A stretch of DNA of 64,000 nt from Nitrosopumilaceae archaeon (GTDB taxonomy: Archaea > Thermoproteota > Nitrososphaeria > Nitrososphaerales > Nitrosopumilaceae), in NCBI GenBank assembly GCA_965207375.1, contig CBDBMG010000002.1, positions 352,001-416,000 of the forward strand. Reading direction: 5' to 3'. Shown here one piece after another: positions 39,982 to 54,104 of the stretch (within the stretch, counting starts at the first letter, position 1; each line of letters starts with the position of its first letter). The notes below the pieces were generated by a model, which saw only the letters and a list, made by a program, of their open reading frames with translations, was not told the DNA's origin and did no database searches. Made by a program: the position numbers and the translations under genes.

Positions 39982-42900
39982 GGTTGTTTCTCCATATAAA
40001 AGTCACGAAATACGTATACAAATATTTTGAAATACATGTACTATTATCTAAATATATATAATAGATAACATAGGTACTGTAGGTACTTTAGGTACTGTGG
40101 GTACTGTAGGTACTGTAGGTACTATAGGTACTGTAGGTACTATAGGAACTGTAGGTACTATAGGTACTGTAGGTACTGTGGGTACTGTAGGTACTGTAGG
40201 TACTGTAGGTACTATAGGTACTGTGGGTACTGTAGGTACTGTAGGTACTGTAGGTACTATAGGTACTGTGGGTATACTGTAGGTACTGTGGGTACTGTAG
40301 GTACCGTAGGTACTGTAGGTACTGTAGGTACTGTTGGTACTGTGGGTACTATAGGTACTGTAGGTACTGTGGGTACTGTAGGTACTGTGGGTACTGTAGG
40401 TACTATAGGTACTGTAGGTACTGTGGGTACTGTAGGTACTGTAGGTACTGTGGGTACTGTAGGTACTATAGGTACTGTAGGTACTGTGGGTACTGTAGGT
40501 ACTATAGGTACAGTAGGTACCGTAGGTACTGTGGGTACTGTAGGTACTGTAGGTACTATAGGTCACTGGAAAAATATAGACATTTCCTATAGTCTGCGAG
40601 GTAAGGAAATATGCAGGACTTGCAGCCATCAAATTTCCTTTGCCTGGCCTGCATCAGACATATGAAATTCTTATGCACCTTTCCTTTATTGTAGGACAGT
40701 TCAACTAGAACTGAATGAATCCTAAAGTACAGGGCACATCTTATGTACCTACATCATTGGAAAAGTCAAATTTCCTGCCTTAAAAAGCTGCAGGAAATCT
40801 ACAGAAAATTTTCAATTAATAGAAAATGTCATGTTATTGGCACAATTAATTTAATTAATGCTTTACGGCATTATTTGTAGTTTTATGCTCAAGAACATTT
40901 GATGTGTCCTGCATATGTCGAGTATCAGAAATTTCAAATCCCAACCCACAATTAAATGTTTCACTATGAATCACAGGTTATTTATACATAATGAAAACTA
41001 TATTATAGATAGGTAAGTTAGTTTCTATTCAACCTTGCATGTAATGTTGTTAATCTACATTGTATAGGATTAGGAAATGTGTGGTTTACATGCGTGCAGG
41101 GCATGTGCATGAAATATCATGTGTAGCGCAATATGCAATATAATCCGTCCAGCATAATATACACACACACAGGATACCGCACCATGCCCCATACTGTATC
41201 AGAAAAGGTCAAGGGAAGTTGAAATTTCCTAGACTTTTACCAGGCTTCAAAATACTGAAGGAAATCCAAATAATTCGTCATGCGTGTGATCCCAGAACAT
41301 GCCAAGGCCAGGCGGACCGACCAATAAAGTAAATTCTATAGGAAATTCTGCCCTATACTGTAGCAAGAAATTTAAAGGAAATTCCCAACTATCCTGCAAA
41401 AGGAAAGGTGACAAACACAAGAAGCAAACATGGCCTTTCAGGCAGATGCCCTGGTGCAGTAAACGTTAATATTGGTCCAGTGGGTACTGTAGGTACTGTG
41501 GGTACTGTAGGTACTGTGGGTACTGTAGGTACTGTGGGTACTGTGGGTACTGTAGGTACTGTAGGTACTGTAGGTACTGTGGGTACTATAGGTACTGTGG
41601 GTACTGTGGGTACTATAGGTACTGTGGGTACTATAGGTACTGTAGGTACTGTAGGTACTATAAGTACTGTGGGTACTGTAGGTACTGTAGGTACTGTGGG
41701 TACTGTAGGTACTGTAGGTACTGTAGGTACTGTGGGTACTATAGGCACTGTGGGTACTATAGGTACTGTAGTACTGTAGGTACTGTGGGTACTGTTGGTA
41801 CTGTGGGTACTATAGGTACTGTAGGTACTATAGGCACTGTGGGTACTATAGGTACTGTAGTACTGTAGGTACTGTGGGTACTGTTGGTACTGTGGGTACT
41901 ATAGGTACTGTAGGTACTGTGGGTACTGTAGGTACTGTAGGTACTGTGGGTACTATAGGTACTATAGGTACTGTAGGTACTATAAGTACTGTAGGTACTG
42001 TAGGTACTGTAGGTACCGTAGGTACTGTAGGTACTGTAGGTACTGTAGGTACTATAGGTACTATAGGTACTGTGGGTACTGTGGGTACTGTACTGTAGGT
42101 ACTGTGGGTACTATAGGTACTGTAGGTACTGTAGGTACTGTGGGTACTATAGGTACTATAGGTACTGTAGGTAATGTAGGTACTGTAGGTACTGTAGGTA
42201 CTATAGGTACCGTAGGTACAGTGGGTACTATAGGTACTGTAGTTACTGTGGGTACTGTAGGTACTGTGTACTCATCACTAATACTGTTTTAATAACAAAA
42301 ACATAGACTGATTTAAAATGGTAACCAATAAAACATATTACTGAAACTGCTGTATGGCTAAATAAAACCAACTAATTTATCATGCTGATAGGTTTGACAC
42401 AGCACATGCACACATGACACCAATACTGTAAACAAAAACAGCAATAGAATGGACACTAATTATAGCAACATCTGCATAATTATTATTGGACACTTACAGT
42501 AGCTACCAACATTATCTAACCACATTGTCACAATACCCACGGTATATCTACAGTATCCATATAGTACTCCTACAGTACCAGTATAGTACCTATAGTACCT
42601 AGCTACAGTACATAGCTATAGTACCTACAATGCCAACTACAATAGCTACAGTACCTATAGTACCCACAGTACTTATAGTACTTACAGTACCCATGCACAG
42701 TACCCACAGTACCTACAGTACCTACAGTACCTATAGTACCTATAGTACACTGTAGGTGTACTGTAGATAGTGTTGGGCGGTATCAATATTTTACTTCCAA
42801 TATACGGTATTACAAATTCAAAACGGTATTCAGTATTCCACGGTATTTTGATCAAACACAGCTAACATCTTATAGTTGGCATTTTTGTTAACAATGTGTT

Positions 42901-44222
42901 TACCCACAGTACCTATAGTACCTACAGTACCCACAGTACCAACAGTACCTACAGTACCTACAGTACCTACGGTACCTACAGTACCTATAGTACCTACAGT
43001 ACCCACAGTACCTACAGTACCTATAGTACCCACAGTACCAACAGTACCTACAGTACCTACAGTACCTACGGTACCTACAGTATCTATAGTACCTACAGTA
43101 CCCACAGTACCTACAGTACCTATAGTACCCACAGTACCAACAGTACCTACAGTACCTACAGTACCTACGGTACCTACAGTATCTATAGTACCTACAGTAC
43201 CCACAGTACCTACAGTACCTAGAATACCCACAGTACCTACAGTACCCACAGTACCTATAGTACCTACAGTACCTACAGTACCCACAGAACCTACAGTACC
43301 TATAGTACCCACAGTACCTACAGTACCTATAGTACCTATAGTACCTATAGTACCCACAGTACCTACAGTACCTACAGTACCTACGGTACCTACAGTACCT
43401 ATAGTACGTACCTACAGTACCCACAGTACCTACAGTACCCACAGTACCTACAGTACCTACAGTACCCACAGTACCTACAGTACCTACAGTACCTACGGTA
43501 CCTACAGTACCTACAGTACCTACAGTACCCACAGTACCCACAGTACCTACAGTACCTATAGTACCTACAGTACCCACAGTACCTACAGTACCCACAGTAC
43601 CTACAGTACCCACAGTACCCACAGTACCTACAGTACTCACAGTACCTACAGTACCTACAGTACCTATAGTACCTACAGTACCCACAGTACCTACAGTACC
43701 TACAGTACCTATAGTACCTACAGTACCCACAGTACCTACAGTACCACAGTACCTACAGTACCTATAGTACCTACAGTACCCACAGTACCTACAGTACCCA
43801 CAGTACCTACAGTACCCACAGTACCTACAGTACCTATAGTACCTACAGTACCCACAGTACCTACAGTACCCACAGTACCTACAGTACCTATAGTACCTAC
43901 AGTACCCACAGTACCTACAGTACCTATAGTACCCACAGTACCAACAGTACCTACAGTACCTACCGTACCTACGGTACCTACAGTACCTATAGTACCTACA
44001 GTACCCACAGTACCTACAGTACCTATAGTACCTATAGTACCTACAGTACCTACAGTACCTACAGTACCCACAGTACCTATAGTACCTACAGTACCTACAG
44101 TACCTACAGTACCCACAGTACCTACAGTACCTGTGTTATCTATTATATATATTTAGACAATAGTACATGTATTTCAAAATATTTGTATACGTATTTCGTG
44201 ACTTTTATATGGAGAAACAACC
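39982..44222. mobile_element. Non-autonomous foldback element, Merlin-like, with 9-bp minisatellite arms
   Basis: ~90-bp unique TIR GGTTGTTTCTCCATATAAAAGTCACG.../...CGTGACTTTTATATGGAGAAACAACC, then inverted arrays of GGTACT(G/A)T(A/G); 8-bp TSD CTACAACT / CTACAATT (7 of 8 match). Confidence 0.75.
40564..41482. mobile_element. CACTA/EnSpm-type non-autonomous element nested in the minisatellite
   Basis: Termini CACTGGAAAAATAT / ATATTGGTCCAGTG; 3-bp TSD GGT at 40561-63 and 41483-85. Confidence 0.75.
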
Positions 44223-45713
44223 CTACAATTTCACTGCAGAATTTATTTTATGATGCTGTACTAGTATAGTTTGTAATGTATGCATATTATTATTATATTC
44301 ATATGTAATACTGAGTTTAGTTTTCTGGTGGAAACAACACTCTAGGATGGGTTCGACCTCTAATCTTTCTTCACGAAAACAAGTGTACACAAATTTATTT
44401 CCCACGGTACCATACACTAAAAATTTGAACAGCTTCTTCTTTATATGGAGATTTCAGGGTGGCATGAATACTATAAATAGCAATGAAGCTGTGTGCATCT
44501 CGGTAGTCGATCAAAAATTTTTGCAGGCCTGGGCCGCCTGGTCACAAATCATATTTACAATAATAATATCATCCAATATTGTAGCAACCTTCCTAAATTA
44601 AATTCCGAAAATTATGCTAAAGAATTTCATTCTCCCCGTCCCACTCACTCACTACAGTAAAACGTTACCCTCTTCAAATGTTTACACACTTGACAGTAGA
44701 AGAATTAATTATAATTTTACTACCCATTTGAGGTTTCACTCTGTTGTTCCCTTGGCAACAATTCCTACACATTGCTAGTGCAGGTGATCACTTGTAATTC
44801 ACTCCTTGGATCAGTTGCTACTGCTACTGCTACTAGTCCAGTACTTTTGAAGATAACTGTGATGGCTCAGACTTAGTTATGACATGGTCTGGCAGCATCT
44901 GTAAAAACATTTTCTTTGCCTTTGAGTACCCTCCAACTACAATAAAATATTACCATCAAATGTTCACACATCCTGTAGTTTTATTTATAAAACCTGTTTG
45001 ATTTCCCACCGGTTTCACCTTGTTTCCTTTGCAACAATTCCCATCCATTATTACCCTCCTTGTTCTTCACCCCTCTATGTGAATGATCGGTTGTCCAATT
45101 CACTGCATCTAGATCTTTTTGCTATAAACATGATAATAATGCACACAAGTATAGGTAGTGCACACAGAGTAGAGGGTAGTTATGTTATCATTGTCCCGTC
45201 AACAGATTTCAGCAAACTGTGGTTGGATTAACAAAGACCATAGTATAATGTTTGATATTGTATAACCAGCAAGCCTTATATAAAAGGACTTTCATCCCTA
45301 TTATAAGTGGCACAACTCCTGATCTGAATATGTGGATGGCAGTGTGTGTCCATCATGGCAAATTTATAGGGGAATCATTTTTTGATTCATCATCTCCACA
45401 GACTTGCCAGGATAGACACACTCTACACACCCCCAGAGTTTCCATGACTCCCTAATGTCAATACAATCAACCTAACATAAAAACAAACCCATAAATCAAC
45501 CTGATGTTTGAAAAATAATCGTAGCTAAAATTGTTAACAGCCAATGATAATATACTACTAACCCACCTGGTGATGATTAAGTGTTAAATAAATGTCTGAT
45601 ACAATAAACATACCGGTATATAACTGAGATAATTGTTAGTGATTTAAAAATCAGAGTAGGAATTGTGAAAAAGTAAGATAAAGATACTGCTGAGAGTTCG
45701 TGATTCTAATATA

Positions 45714-45889
45714 CAGTGGAACCTGTCTTAGCAGCCATCTGTATAGAAAGACCACCTCTCTAAAAAGGCCAACTTTAAATTCCCCAAGTGAGAAATTCAT
45801 ATGGTAACCTACCTGTCTAATGTAGCCACCTGTTCATTAAGGCCAAGAAATTTTTGCTCATAGGTCACCAGCTTAGACAGGTTCCACTG
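45714..45889. mobile_element. Tc1/mariner-type MITE
   Basis: TA|CAGTGGAACCTGTCT ... AGACAGGTTCCACTG; related decayed copy at ~3810-3924. Confidence 0.7.
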
Positions 45890-46204
45890 CAACAGTCAAA
45901 ATAAGACTCTCAAATACAGTGGAACAACTCTCAGCAGTATAATATCTTTATGATCCCTATTCTCCTAATTCATTAGTTTTTATGTCGATATACAACCCTT
46001 ATCATATGGATCATTTGTAAAAACTTCCATCTTGTCAATTTAATGATAAACTGGCATTTCATATTGCCCTCCGTGGCACAACTGAACAATGTGCGTAAAT
46101 GTGTAAATATAAATTAGACATCTATGAATTTCCATTTAACTATTATGTAAATAACCTAAAATAGCTGCATTAAATTGGTGACAGCAAAAATGCCAGGTAG
46201 CTAA

Positions 46205-47115
46205 ATAGATAGATAGATAGCTATAACTATATATGCCTCTACAATGTTAGATACTATAGATAGATAGCTAGCTATAACTCTACAATGTTAGAGACTACAG
46301 ATTGATAAACAATGTTAGATACTATAGATATAACTATGTATGCCTCTAAAATGTTAGATACTATCGTATGGATATATATCTAGCTATAACTATGTATGCC
46401 TCTACAATGTTAGATACTATGGATAAATATACAATGTTAAATACTATAGATAGATAGCTAGCTATAACTATGTATCCCTCTACAATGTTAGATAATGTAG
46501 ATAGATCACTAGCTATAACTATGTGTGCCTCTGCAATTATAAATACTATAAATTGATATACAATGTTAGATACTATAGATAGATAGCTAGCTATAACTAT
46601 GTATGTATCTACAATGTTAGATACTATAGATAGAAAATTAGCTATAACTATGTATACCTTTACAATGTTAGATATACTATAGAGACATATACTGTAACAA
46701 TGTTTGATACTATAGATAGATAGCTAGCTAGAACTATGTATGCCTCTACAATGTCAGATACTATAGATAGATAGCTAGCTATAACTATGCATGCCTAGAT
46801 AGTGTTAGATACTATAGATAGCTAGCTAGCTATAACTATGTATGCCTCTACAATGTTAGATACTATAGATAGATAGCTATGTATGCCTCTACAATGTTAG
46901 ATACTATAGATAGCTAGCTAGCTATAACTATGTATGCCTCTACAATGTTAGATACTATAGATAGATAGCTAACTATAACTATGTATGCCTCTACAATGTT
47001 AGATACAATAGATAGATAGATAGCTAGCTATAGCTATGTATGCCTCTACAATGTTAGATACTATAGATAGATTGCTAGCTATAACTATGTATCCCTCGAT
47101 CTACAATGTTAGATA
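46205..47115. repeat. ~50-55-bp tandem satellite
   Basis: Unit GATAGATAGCTAGCTATAACTATGTATGCCTCTACAATGTTAGATACTATA repeated ~16 times. Confidence 0.9.
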
Positions 47116-47298
47116 TTGTCTTAGCATGAAAGCTAAACCCAAGCACTATACATATACACCATTCGTGGTGCTATAGATGGGCAGGTCTGCTTTTACAGGC
47201 GGTCTTTTTCAGACCTTGCTAGTGTATGGGGCCACTACTTGAGGGGCACTAATAAGGCTACATGGTGTGTCAGGCTACTTCCAGAGACCGTCTCGGCC

Positions 47299-48158
47299 GG
47301 CTGTCACTATTCACTGGACTGGACTACTGCATGGACTGGAATACTGGACTGGACTACTGGACTCCTTTTTTGGACAAGATTATGTGGTTTTTCAAATATT
47401 TGACGCCTGGAGACCTCAATTATTATTTTTTAGAAACTATAGAATTTCTATGATCTTACAACAACAATATAATAACTTCATGACAGTAGTTGTTTTATTT
47501 GCTTTTAGCAATGCACTAGCAAACAAGCTTATGATAATGACCAGTCAGGGCATTATTTGACCAAATCCAAGGTTAGTAGCTATAGCACAAGATTGACTAA
47601 TTAATGACGTCATGTATGTAGTGTGATAATTAGAGAGATTACCTGTATAGCCAGTGTATGTGTATAGTATGATTGTTAGTGAGTAGTACGTAATAATTAA
47701 TAATTAATACCTATATGCTATGTATATACAGTTAATAGTATGCCTAAATATAATATTATGTTAAAACTTTGATGGTAATTCCGTAACTAGCCACCTTTAT
47801 CATGTTATAAGTCCCCATGAAACTGACATATGCATTAGCCGTTTTCAGTCAGCTGAGCAAAGTCTATTTTTAAGTACTTTTATAATTGGCAAGTCCATAT
47901 CAACAGCCAACCAATTGTTTTCAATATGTAGGTATATGCAATGTATTTGCATATTAGCTAGCTACTGTCATGAAGTTATTATATTGTTGTAGACTGTAAG
48001 ATTGTTTTAAGATTGTTTTAAAAAGAACTGAGGTCTCCAGGTGTCAAATATTTCAAGAAACTATATAGACAACTTGTCTAAAAAAGGAAAAAACTCCAGT
48101 CCAGTAGTCCAGTCCAGTATTCCAGTCCAGTAGTCCAGTCCAGTGAATAGCGACAGCC
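47299..48158. mobile_element. Mutator-like (or Merlin-like) MITE with long TIRs
   Basis: TIR GGCTGTC(A/G)CTATTCACTGGACTGGACTACTG extending ~200 bp; perfect 9-bp TSD GTCTCGGCC at 47290-98 and 48159-67. Confidence 0.85.
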
Positions 48159-49928
48159 GTCTCGGCCTACCATGTCGACTGTGGCTGTTTCTGTTCCCTA
48201 CTGAGGACACACTGCTGCTGTCTGTCTCCTTGTGGATGGTATGGCCCGCCTTCGGCTCCCCGCTCACCCCCACCCCCCTCCCGCCCATTCACCCACCCAC
48301 CCACCCACCCCCTATAAACTCTATCCGTGATATTACAGCAGTTGGAAAAAAACTATCTCAAAACCCAGCAGTGTCAGCTAGGTGGTAGAATTAGTTATAA
48401 AACAATAGCTACATAAGTAGTCTACTTATACTATTAGCCTGGCGTGGCTACACTGGTTGTAGCACAAGAGAACCACAGTGGCTTCAATATTTCAAATTGG
48501 TATTTCTCGAAATACAAAATGTGCCCTTAAGGACAGTTTTTCAAATCCAGTCACAGATCACTATGACTTGTAGAGTACAGACGCATTAGTGATATAGCTA
48601 GCAATGTGTGGGGAAACACGCATCCCTAGGGATATCTGTGTGGGAAACACACATCACTGGGAAACACAATGTCATATCACTATGACACCGGTACCGACGG
48701 GCCGTGACTTGATCCGTTGTATTTTCTGTGGGTTATGAAATTTCAATACCTTCATATTTATGGGAATACTTTTTGTGTATGAAAAACATTGTCTGCTGCC
48801 TTACAATTGTGATGAAATTTTGTTGGAATTGAGAACAGCAGCTGGTGCTTTATGAATGCACAGACATTCATAATTACAGAATTGACTGGTTATAAAGAAG
48901 ATGACGAAGATGATGACAATAATGCAGAAGAACATTAATTAATTACTAGCTATCTGTAGCAGTTTCATTATCAATGTAGCTATGCTTATATAATTATTTA
49001 TATTGCTGTGAGGATTTTAGGTTTTTAATACTCGCACAATTAGCTATTGTTATTGAAATATAAGGCTCCATATTATAACTGGTAAAGAATGGTTGCAAGG
49101 GATTGGGTTTTATTGCACTACCTAAATTTTTCCATTGCAAAATGAGATTACAATTTAGCTCATTGAAATCATAATTGCAAAAATACTTGATTTTATTAAT
49201 ATTTTTCATAGCATAAGTAGAAATTTCCAAAGTAGACTAGAACATGTTTAAAGTACAGTAGCTAATGGGTAACTTTATGTATTTATGAAATACTATAATA
49301 AGGCATATTAATTTTATGAAACAATAATGATATAAAGAAATCTTGAATTTTGCTGATACCGTACATCTGAGTAATGAAAAATGTCTATTGTCTAGCTGTC
49401 CTGTGTTATACACCTGATGTGCAACTACTGTATAATAAACTCCATAGCTAATAACAATAATAAAAAATGATAATGTATATTATGTCATAATATTATTATA
49501 GCTACCTATGAAACAAAAAAATTGAATGCTTAAAATGTCAATAATGAGGATACTATGGGAATGTTGAAGAATGCAATAAAAAAGATGAATGAGTTGAACC
49601 AGTAGTAAAAACTTCAGTCAGAATGACATTCCTTTAAATATATACAAACTTGATTATCAAGATGCATTCCCACAATCGATATTAATTCATGCACTACACT
49701 TGTAGAGATAGCTTGTGCATCATCAGATCTGCCATAGTTTATGCATTAGCTATACACCTTATGCTGTTACTAAGCTAGTTTAGTTGTGCTATGCGTTTTC
49801 ATGCAAACAACAACTTTTAATAAATGCATGTATGAACCAGCATACCAGTAGATAACTATAGCTATGGTGCCTTATGAAAATCTGTGTACTCTACCATCAA
49901 ATAGGGTCTGGCTACGCCCCTGACTTAG

Positions 49929-51305
49929 ATTGGCCAGGAGAAATTACTATCGTTAATGGACGACCAATACATCCACAATCACATGGGCTTATTGAGAAAG
50001 GAAGTTCAACAGTAGAAGAAATGTTGGCCTGTAAATTTTATAGTGAAAAACAAGCTAATTGTACATTTTGGCTTCCAGAAATTCAATGTGAGTCATATAG
50101 TGATGTGTAGGCAGAAACTAGTTATAGCTATAGGTAAATATAATAGCATTAATAAGGTGTTATTATAACATTCCTTGGTGCTAGCTCACAGTGTAAAATT
50201 TATAACTTACTTGGTGTCATTCAGTGATACACTAGCTAGCTCTATGATGTCACATGTAGCTATACAGTGGTAATTCTAAAACTAGGATATAGGGGGCTGA
50301 AGTCCTTGATGCGGGGGGCTGTGTAGCTAAATAATTATGATACAGTAAAACTGAGCTGTAGCTTTTCATAAATTGTGACCGGATTTGCGAAAATGTGCAT
50401 AGTTCACACAAAAATTTTAATTCATTTTCAGGCTTTGATCCAGCTTATAGCTACACTCAATAGCTATACACACACCGTGTCTCCTATGGCCAGACTCAAG
50501 TGGTCTGCTTTTCTGAGGGGAGTATTGGAGGCCTTGTAAAACCATGACAGGCACATTGGCACCTGTGGAGCGCACCAATTGGGCGTTATTGGCCTGGAAT
50601 TCTACCCTTGACCGGAATGATGTCCCTTCGGCCTGGTTGTATGATCAGGACCATCTGTGGGCAGCTGGTTACCTCGTGTCTTCACTTGGGGAGGTTTTTC
50701 CTCCTCCCTCCCCACCGCCCCACCCCACCCTCCCCTCCCCTCCTCCCATCCCCGCCCGCCCTCCCACCCGCCCGCCCTCCCACCCGCCCGCCCACCCACC
50801 CTCTCGTAACACTGGGCCGGGGCTAAAATTGATGCACACCTTCGAAAAAATCGTCTGAAAAGGCCTGAAATCAAGCAAGGAACAACTTTAAAGGTAAACT
50901 GTATTTTATTCAATAGATTACTAAATCCAGTTCTGCTAAACAAAAGCGGCCTAGTACGAGCAAAAGCTAGTAATATTAATTTAAAATCTTTAAACGGGTG
51001 TTTCTCTAATTAGCTACTACCAGGTGCGAACTATGCACATTTTCGCAGAGCCGGTCACAATTTTGTTCTGATATTTAAATTAATGCAATGGCTACAATGC
51101 TTTTAGTTATAACATATTACTCATGGAACAGAGTTACTATTATTGTACGTACAGACCAACTCAATATAACTATACAAACCAGTGTGAAATCAACACCATA
51201 TGAGTTAGTATTTGGGCAACCTCCTAGGAAGACTGTTTTTCCAGGTGTTATATACTACTAGTATTGTAATGGAAGAAGATGTACTTGATATAATTGTAGA
51301 AGAAG
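49929..51305 (+). pseudogene. Intron-containing Ginger/GIN-type (rve) integrase relic
   Basis: Exon ~49929-50087 WPGEITIVNGRPIHPQSHGLIEKGSSTVEEML..WLPEIQ|gtgagt and exon ~51155-51305 QLNITIQTSVKSTPYELVFGQPPR match the GxPxHPQSQGxVER and PYELVFG motifs. Confidence 0.7.
50375..51058. mobile_element. MITE with GTGACC termini and AATT TSD (Sola-like)
   Basis: AATT|GTGACCGGATTTGCGAAAATGTGCATAGTTC ... GAACTATGCACATTTTCGCAGAGCCGGTCAC|AATT. Confidence 0.7.
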
Positions 51306-51809
51306 GTATCAATTAAGGTTTATCTAGAGCTTTTATAGCTACTTCTTGTTTAGAAAGCAAATGTTCACTATCTGATGACTCCTACAACAAACACAATGAT
51401 AACAGTAATTAAACTACATAATAATATTATGTTCATGATAGCTATAGCAAATAATTGTTTAAGGAGCCTCATAAGCTATTGTGCATGTGTGCATTGTAAA
51501 CTTTAACTACACCTATAACAGTAACTGATAATTTATATAGTGATATTTGAGCATATATGAGTGATTTAATTTACAAAATTATATAAAGAGTGTGCCGAAT
51601 CTATCTAGCTAACTACATGGCTATAGTTGCCTTGCTATTACTTTTCAAAATAAGTTGAACATGTAGCTACAATTTATTATATTATATTTTTAAGCATTAT
51701 CATACCACTTCTCCTATAATTAGTTACTAATGTTTATAAATCTTGGTTAATTGTACCCATATACATATCTATCATGTTTTACAAATTTCACAAATATTAA
51801 AGTATACAA

Positions 51810-52725
<916 letters not shown>

Positions 52726-53028
52726 AAATTACTAGTTTTTCAACTCCATCAAAATTTGTGATATCAGTTGTGAATTGTTGAGTAGGATTATACACGTATA
52801 TATAATTTTTTGTATTGTACTTATAATTAAGGTGAAGAGCAAAATGACTGGTCCAATTTTGAAGAATCAAATGAGGCAGCTTAGCTACAAGGTAAATGTA
52901 ACTGGTGTTAAAATAATGTAACTAGTAAGGTTAGGCAATATTTTATAGTATTGCCACTTTCCAATATCAGTAGCTATAACATAGGCTGTGCAATATAATT
53001 ATTGCAAGCAACTTCCATGTGTCAGTAA

Positions 53029-53463
53029 TAGGCCTGAGCCAATTATGCTTTTAGAATTACCTATTATGCTTTTGAGCATAATTCCCAAAACAAGCCCATT
53101 ATGCTCAAAATTATGCTTGGGAATTCTCAGTGATAATGTGAAAATTAATAGGCTAAATTAATATTTTATATGAAGATATTCATGTTGATTTTTTGCACTC
53201 ATTATCATCAGATATACATTTACATTATGACTCCTACAATGTATTTTGTTGAATTCATCACTTTTAATCATTGCATTCATCACATACCTAATTTGATAAA
53301 AAATTATTGTAGATTCACTCAAAATTTCAGTAGTCACTTTCAAAATTCATGCCTTTGTGGCATGCCTTGCACAAAAAGTTAACCTATTATGCTGGCATTA
53401 TGCTCGATGCTTTTACCATCCTATTATGCTCCAAATTATGCTGGCATAATTGGCTCAGGCCTA
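53029..53463. mobile_element. hAT-type MITE
   Basis: TIR TAGGCCTGAGCCAATTATGC / GCATAATTGGCTCAGGCCTA; perfect 8-bp TSD GTCAGTAA. Confidence 0.85.
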
Positions 53464-53520
53464 GTCAGTAATATCAATCTCGTGTGCAATAATATCACAG
53501 AATACTCCTTATGCATGTAT

Positions 53521-54104
53521 GTGACCAGATTTGACAACACCTGGCTTCCACACACAATTAGCTATAAATATTTAGAAATACTGCTTTTAATTATTCTATC
53601 TTGAGAAGGCTAGGAGTTGCGTGCATGCAGTTTGCCACAAATTCTGTTTCATGGAAAAATTTATAATGCTGTAATCCACCTGCCCTCGAGCTCCACACCT
53701 AGCTATATGGAGATATTTGTGATATTGACTATGCCAGTTTAAAATTATCTAAAATGGCAGGCAATTTAACTAGCTATCAAAATTAATGAAGAGCTTGTCC
53801 ACTGAAAGACCTTACCTGAGGCCTTTTAGGCTTCAAATGCCCCAAAATATAGCCAAATCGATGAATAAGACGATTAGACAATTGCCTAATGTTTTCCAGC
53901 AAGGTGGCTACTTTTCAAGTGCTACCAGAGCCATTTAAAGACCACCTGAGCACTCATGGACATCTGACAGGCCCCAAAAACAAGCCATGCACAGGAAAAA
54001 CTTTAGCCACCAATAGCTACATGCACGAACTGTTAGTTAATTGACACAGCTATCAAGTGTGTCTATTGCGTGTACCACAGCTGGCTTTTGTCAAATCCAG
54101 TCAC
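53521..54104. mobile_element. MITE with GTGAC termini (same class as 50375-51058)
   Basis: GTGACCAGATTTGACAA ... TTGTCAAATCCAGTCAC. Confidence 0.6.

Noticed and set aside
40048-44156. Long ORFs of TVG/VPT/YST repeats (up to 426 aa) resembling mucin or antifreeze proteins
   Set aside because: By-product of a stop-free 9-bp minisatellite, open on both strands, inside a TIR element
46205-47115. Regularly spaced repeats that could suggest a CRISPR array
   Set aside because: No unique spacers, no cas genes, eukaryotic context; ordinary satellite
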